Positions 61,495-64,000 of a stretch of 64,000 nucleotides of DNA are shown piece after piece; the stretch's first letter is position 1, and each line of letters starts with the position of its first letter. The notes beneath the pieces were generated by a model that did not search any database, had not been told where the DNA came from, and worked only from the letters and a program-made list of their open reading frames with translations. The stretch covers positions 1,025,673 to 1,089,672 of the forward strand of contig CAVZZG010000003.1 of assembly GCA_963779685.1 (NCBI GenBank). Direction: 5' to 3'. A program made the translations under genes and the position numbers. The DNA is from an uncultured Actinomycetes bacterium. Lineage in GTDB: Bacteria > Actinomycetota > Thermoleophilia > Gaiellales > F1-60-MAGs149.

Positions 61495-62331
61495 TCACTC
61501 GGCAGTGGAGCGGTGCGGATCCAATCCGTACCGCTCCACCAGCCCGCCGAGCTGCCGGTCGATGCTCTGGAGCTGGGCTCGAAGCGCGGCCACCTCTTCT
61601 GCCAACGGCTGCGCGGCCGTAACGGACGCAGCCTCCTCCGCGGCCTGGTCACCGAGGTGGAAGAGCTGCGAGAGCGAGCCGGCCAGAACGCCGAGCACCG
61701 CCACGCCCGTGAACATGATCGCCACGCCGGCGACCCGGCCGGCGTTGGTCTTCGGGACGATGTCCCCGTAGCCGACGGTCGTCAGGGTCACCACGCCCCA
61801 CCACAGCGCGTCGCGAAACGTCTTGAACCCGGGGTTGGAGCCGTGCTCGGCCTCGAACGCGGCGATCGAAGCGATCAGCACCACGCCGCCCGCGACCATC
61901 GCCACCTTCCCGAGCCGGGCTGCGAACTGGCGTAGGCCCGACGTCGCCATCAGCACGCGCGACACCCGCCCGAGGCGGGCGAGCAGCAGGATCGCGGATC
62001 CCCCATTCGTACCCGGGATCAGGTAGTACGGGAACGTCAGGAGCACGATCACCAGGTCGATCTTGCCGTTGCGACTGCGGAGGTAGCCGGGAACGATCCG
62101 AAGCTGCATGACGAGGTCGACGACGAAGATAGCCCACGAGCCCAGGCCGACGACCACCTCGATCACGCGGCTATCCGGCGACGTCACGAACAGGGGGATG
62201 AATGCAGCGAGCAGGATCGGCAGGTTCCACCGCCGCTGCCAGCGCTCACGCGCCTCGACCTGCTGCTCGGTCAGCGTGGCCCCGTGCGTGTGCCAGGCCC
62301 CGCGGAGGCGTTGGACGATGCGGCTGAACAT
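61495..62331 (-). CDS. Voltage-gated-type potassium channel (6TM, TVGYGD filter)
   Basis: Contains LLLARLGRVSRVL (S4-like) and WWGVVTLTTVGYGDIVP. Its stop abuts the convergent permease stop with 0-nt spacing. Confidence 0.88.
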   Translation of the reverse strand: MFSRIVQRLRGAWHTHGATLTEQQVEARERWQRRWNLPILLAAFIPLFVTSPDSRVIEVVVGLGSWAIFVVDLVMQLRIVPGYLRSRNGKIDLVIVLLTFPYYLIPGTNGGSAILLLARLGRVSRVLMATSGLRQFAARLGKVAMVAGGVVLIASIAAFEAEHGSNPGFKTFRDALWWGVVTLTTVGYGDIVPKTNAGRVAGVAIMFTGVAVLGVLAGSLSQLFHLGDQAAEEAASVTAAQPLAEEVAALRAQLQSIDRQLGGLVERYGLDPHRSTAE

Positions 62332-62374
62332 GGTTCCGCGAGCCGATTTCGCCTCGCGGCAGGGCGTCCCTCCG

Positions 62375-63715
62375 TCAGGCCACGACCCTGTAGAGGCGCC
62401 ACGCGTCGGGCACGCCCTTCAACTCGCGTTCGCCGACGTCCTCGAAGACCATCCCCGAGCCCGCCGTGAGGTCCTTGACGGTCTGGGAGGCAAGCACTTC
62501 GGACGGCCCGGCCCAGGCGCCGATGCGGGCACCGATCACCACCGCCATGCCGCCGGCCTTGCCGTCGATCGTCTCGACCTCGCCCGTGTGCACCCCGGCG
62601 CGCACTTCGATACCCAGCGGCTTCATGGCCTGGACGATCGCCGACGCGCACTTGGCGGCCCGGGCGGGACCGTCGAAGGTCGCGAAGAACCCATCGCCCG
62701 CGGTGTCGACCTCGGCGCCGCGGTACCGTCCCAGGAGGCCCCGGACGGTGGCGTTGTGACGCTCGGCCATCTCGCGCCATGCCCGGTCGCCGAGCCGTGC
62801 CGCCACCGCCGTCGAGCCGACGATGTCGGTGAACAGCACCGTCGCGAGCACCCGGTCGAGCACTGCCTCCTCGTCCCGCACGCCCCCCACGAACCGCTCG
62901 ATCTCATCGGTCACGGTGTCCTGGTCGCCGAGGTAGGGAATGTGCTCGCGGCCGGGCAGCGCGACGTGGGTCGCGCCGGGGATGTGCTGAGCCAGATAGC
63001 GGTTGTCCTCGGGAAGGTCGTGTTCACGGTGCAGGATCAGTGTCGGCACATGCACGGTCGGGAGGATGTCCCGGACATCGTCGCCATAGGTCATGCGCTC
63101 GTAGGCGGCGGCGGCCCCCGGGCTCATGGCGAACCGCATCAACGACGCGATCCAGCGCACGATCTCTCGGTCCGTCGCAAGGTCGGGGAACAACTCGGTC
63201 ACCAGGGACTCGGTGCCCCAGGATCGCTCGAAGCGAGCGACATCGATCTCATGCTTCTCCCGCGTCACGCCCCACGGGTAGTCCGGCGCCCACGCCATCC
63301 GCGCGAAGGACCCGTGCACCACGAGTGCGACCGTCCGGTCGGGATGCATGGCGGCGAACAGACAGGCGAGGCCACCCGACTCGGAGGCGCCGTAGATGAC
63401 GGCCCGCTTCGAGCCCACCGCATCCATCACTGCCCGCGCGTCGTCCATCCGGGTCTCCATGTCCGGGTGGCGGTCGACGGGTACGGGATCTGACATGCCG
63501 CACCCGCGCCGGTCGAAGATGATCAGTCGCGAGAAGGACGCGAACCGGTGGAGGAACCGCGCGTATCGTGGCTCCTCCCACACGTACTCGACATGCGAGA
63601 ACCATGGCTGCAGGTAGACGAGATCGACCGGGCCCTCGCCGATCACCTTGTAGGCGAGGTGCGTGCCGTCGAGTGCTCGCGCGTATCGCGTCTCCGGGAT
63701 GTCCACTGGGCGCAA
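62375..63715 (-). CDS. Alpha/beta-hydrolase fused to a class III adenylate/guanylate cyclase domain
   Basis: The N-terminal part has IIFDRRGCGMSD and IYGASESG (nucleophile elbow). The C-terminal part has ATVLFTDIVGSTA, KTAGDGFFATF and VRAGVHTGEVE. Confidence 0.88.
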   Translation of the reverse strand: MRPVDIPETRYARALDGTHLAYKVIGEGPVDLVYLQPWFSHVEYVWEEPRYARFLHRFASFSRLIIFDRRGCGMSDPVPVDRHPDMETRMDDARAVMDAVGSKRAVIYGASESGGLACLFAAMHPDRTVALVVHGSFARMAWAPDYPWGVTREKHEIDVARFERSWGTESLVTELFPDLATDREIVRWIASLMRFAMSPGAAAAYERMTYGDDVRDILPTVHVPTLILHREHDLPEDNRYLAQHIPGATHVALPGREHIPYLGDQDTVTDEIERFVGGVRDEEAVLDRVLATVLFTDIVGSTAVAARLGDRAWREMAERHNATVRGLLGRYRGAEVDTAGDGFFATFDGPARAAKCASAIVQAMKPLGIEVRAGVHTGEVETIDGKAGGMAVVIGARIGAWAGPSEVLASQTVKDLTAGSGMVFEDVGERELKGVPDAWRLYRVVA

Positions 63716-63790
63716 AGCCTAGCGTTCGGCGGCATCACACGGGAAGAACGCGATCGTGGTGGCGGACCGCCACCACGCCTGCCACGAGGG

Positions 63791-64000
63791 TCATGCAGGC
63801 GCCGGTCTGGGCTCCGGTTGGCGCATCAGCCGGCGCCGTCGCAGCCCGCAGGTGACGGCGATCGTCAGAGCCCAGACCCACCAGCCGAAGATGCCGATGA
63901 ACCAGACCATCGAGAGCGGCCGCCACGCGAGGGTGATGCCGACCGTGCCTACCGCTCCACCGGTTGCGAGGATCAGGCCGAGCCAACCCAACCAGCGGGC
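63791..64000 (-). CDS. Small membrane protein (possibly 5'-partial at window end)
   Basis: Sequence GWLGLILATGGAVGTVGITLAWRPLSMVWFIGIFGWWVWALTIAVTCGLRRRR. The frame stays open to position 64000. Confidence 0.35.
   Translation of the reverse strand, partial: ARWLGWLGLILATGGAVGTVGITLAWRPLSMVWFIGIFGWWVWALTIAVTCGLRRRRLMRQPEPRPAPA

Overview
This is a very GC-rich (by eye above 70% G+C), extremely gene-dense chromosomal segment that looks Actinomycetota-like. I call about 60 protein genes and one tRNA-Leu(CAG). I saw no rRNA, CRISPR array, transposase, integrase or phage gene. Content is mostly core and peripheral metabolism: the 5' part of uvrC, bcp, class II DAHP synthase, rbsK, glpX, add, acyl-CoA enzymes, permeases, a K+ channel and a hydrolase-cyclase fusion. 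There are also several large secreted Ig-like/FN3 repeat proteins. Genes are chained by 4-nt GTGA/ATGA start-stop overlaps, and convergent genes abut or overlap. Main points: (i) A gene invisible to the ORF track at 8942-9208 (-) encodes an Rdx/SelW-like selenoprotein with an in-frame TGA in a CxxU motif, followed by an fdhF-like SECIS hairpin. (ii) A six-gene coupled operon at 16908-21943 (-) combines a non-canonical PTPS-like protein, an MDR dehydrogenase, a GT4 glycosyltransferase, a methyltransferase, a flippase-like membrane protein and a RibD_C-type reductase. It converges on a CDP-alcohol phosphatidyltransferase-sulfatase fusion, and I cannot name a pathway for it. (iii) An orphan trio of TadE-like genes ends in a pseudopilin-lytic transglycosylase fusion. 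(iv) A TetR-headed six-gene operon of about 7.3 kb has no intergenic bases and a perfect operator palindrome. (v) Five single-site frame disruptions and one internally deleted permease are present, reflecting either gene decay or assembly indels. (vi) A giant adhesin-like gene carries an approximately 490-bp tandem coding repeat. Most long R/P/G/A-rich ORFs in the supplied track are frame shadows of the real genes.
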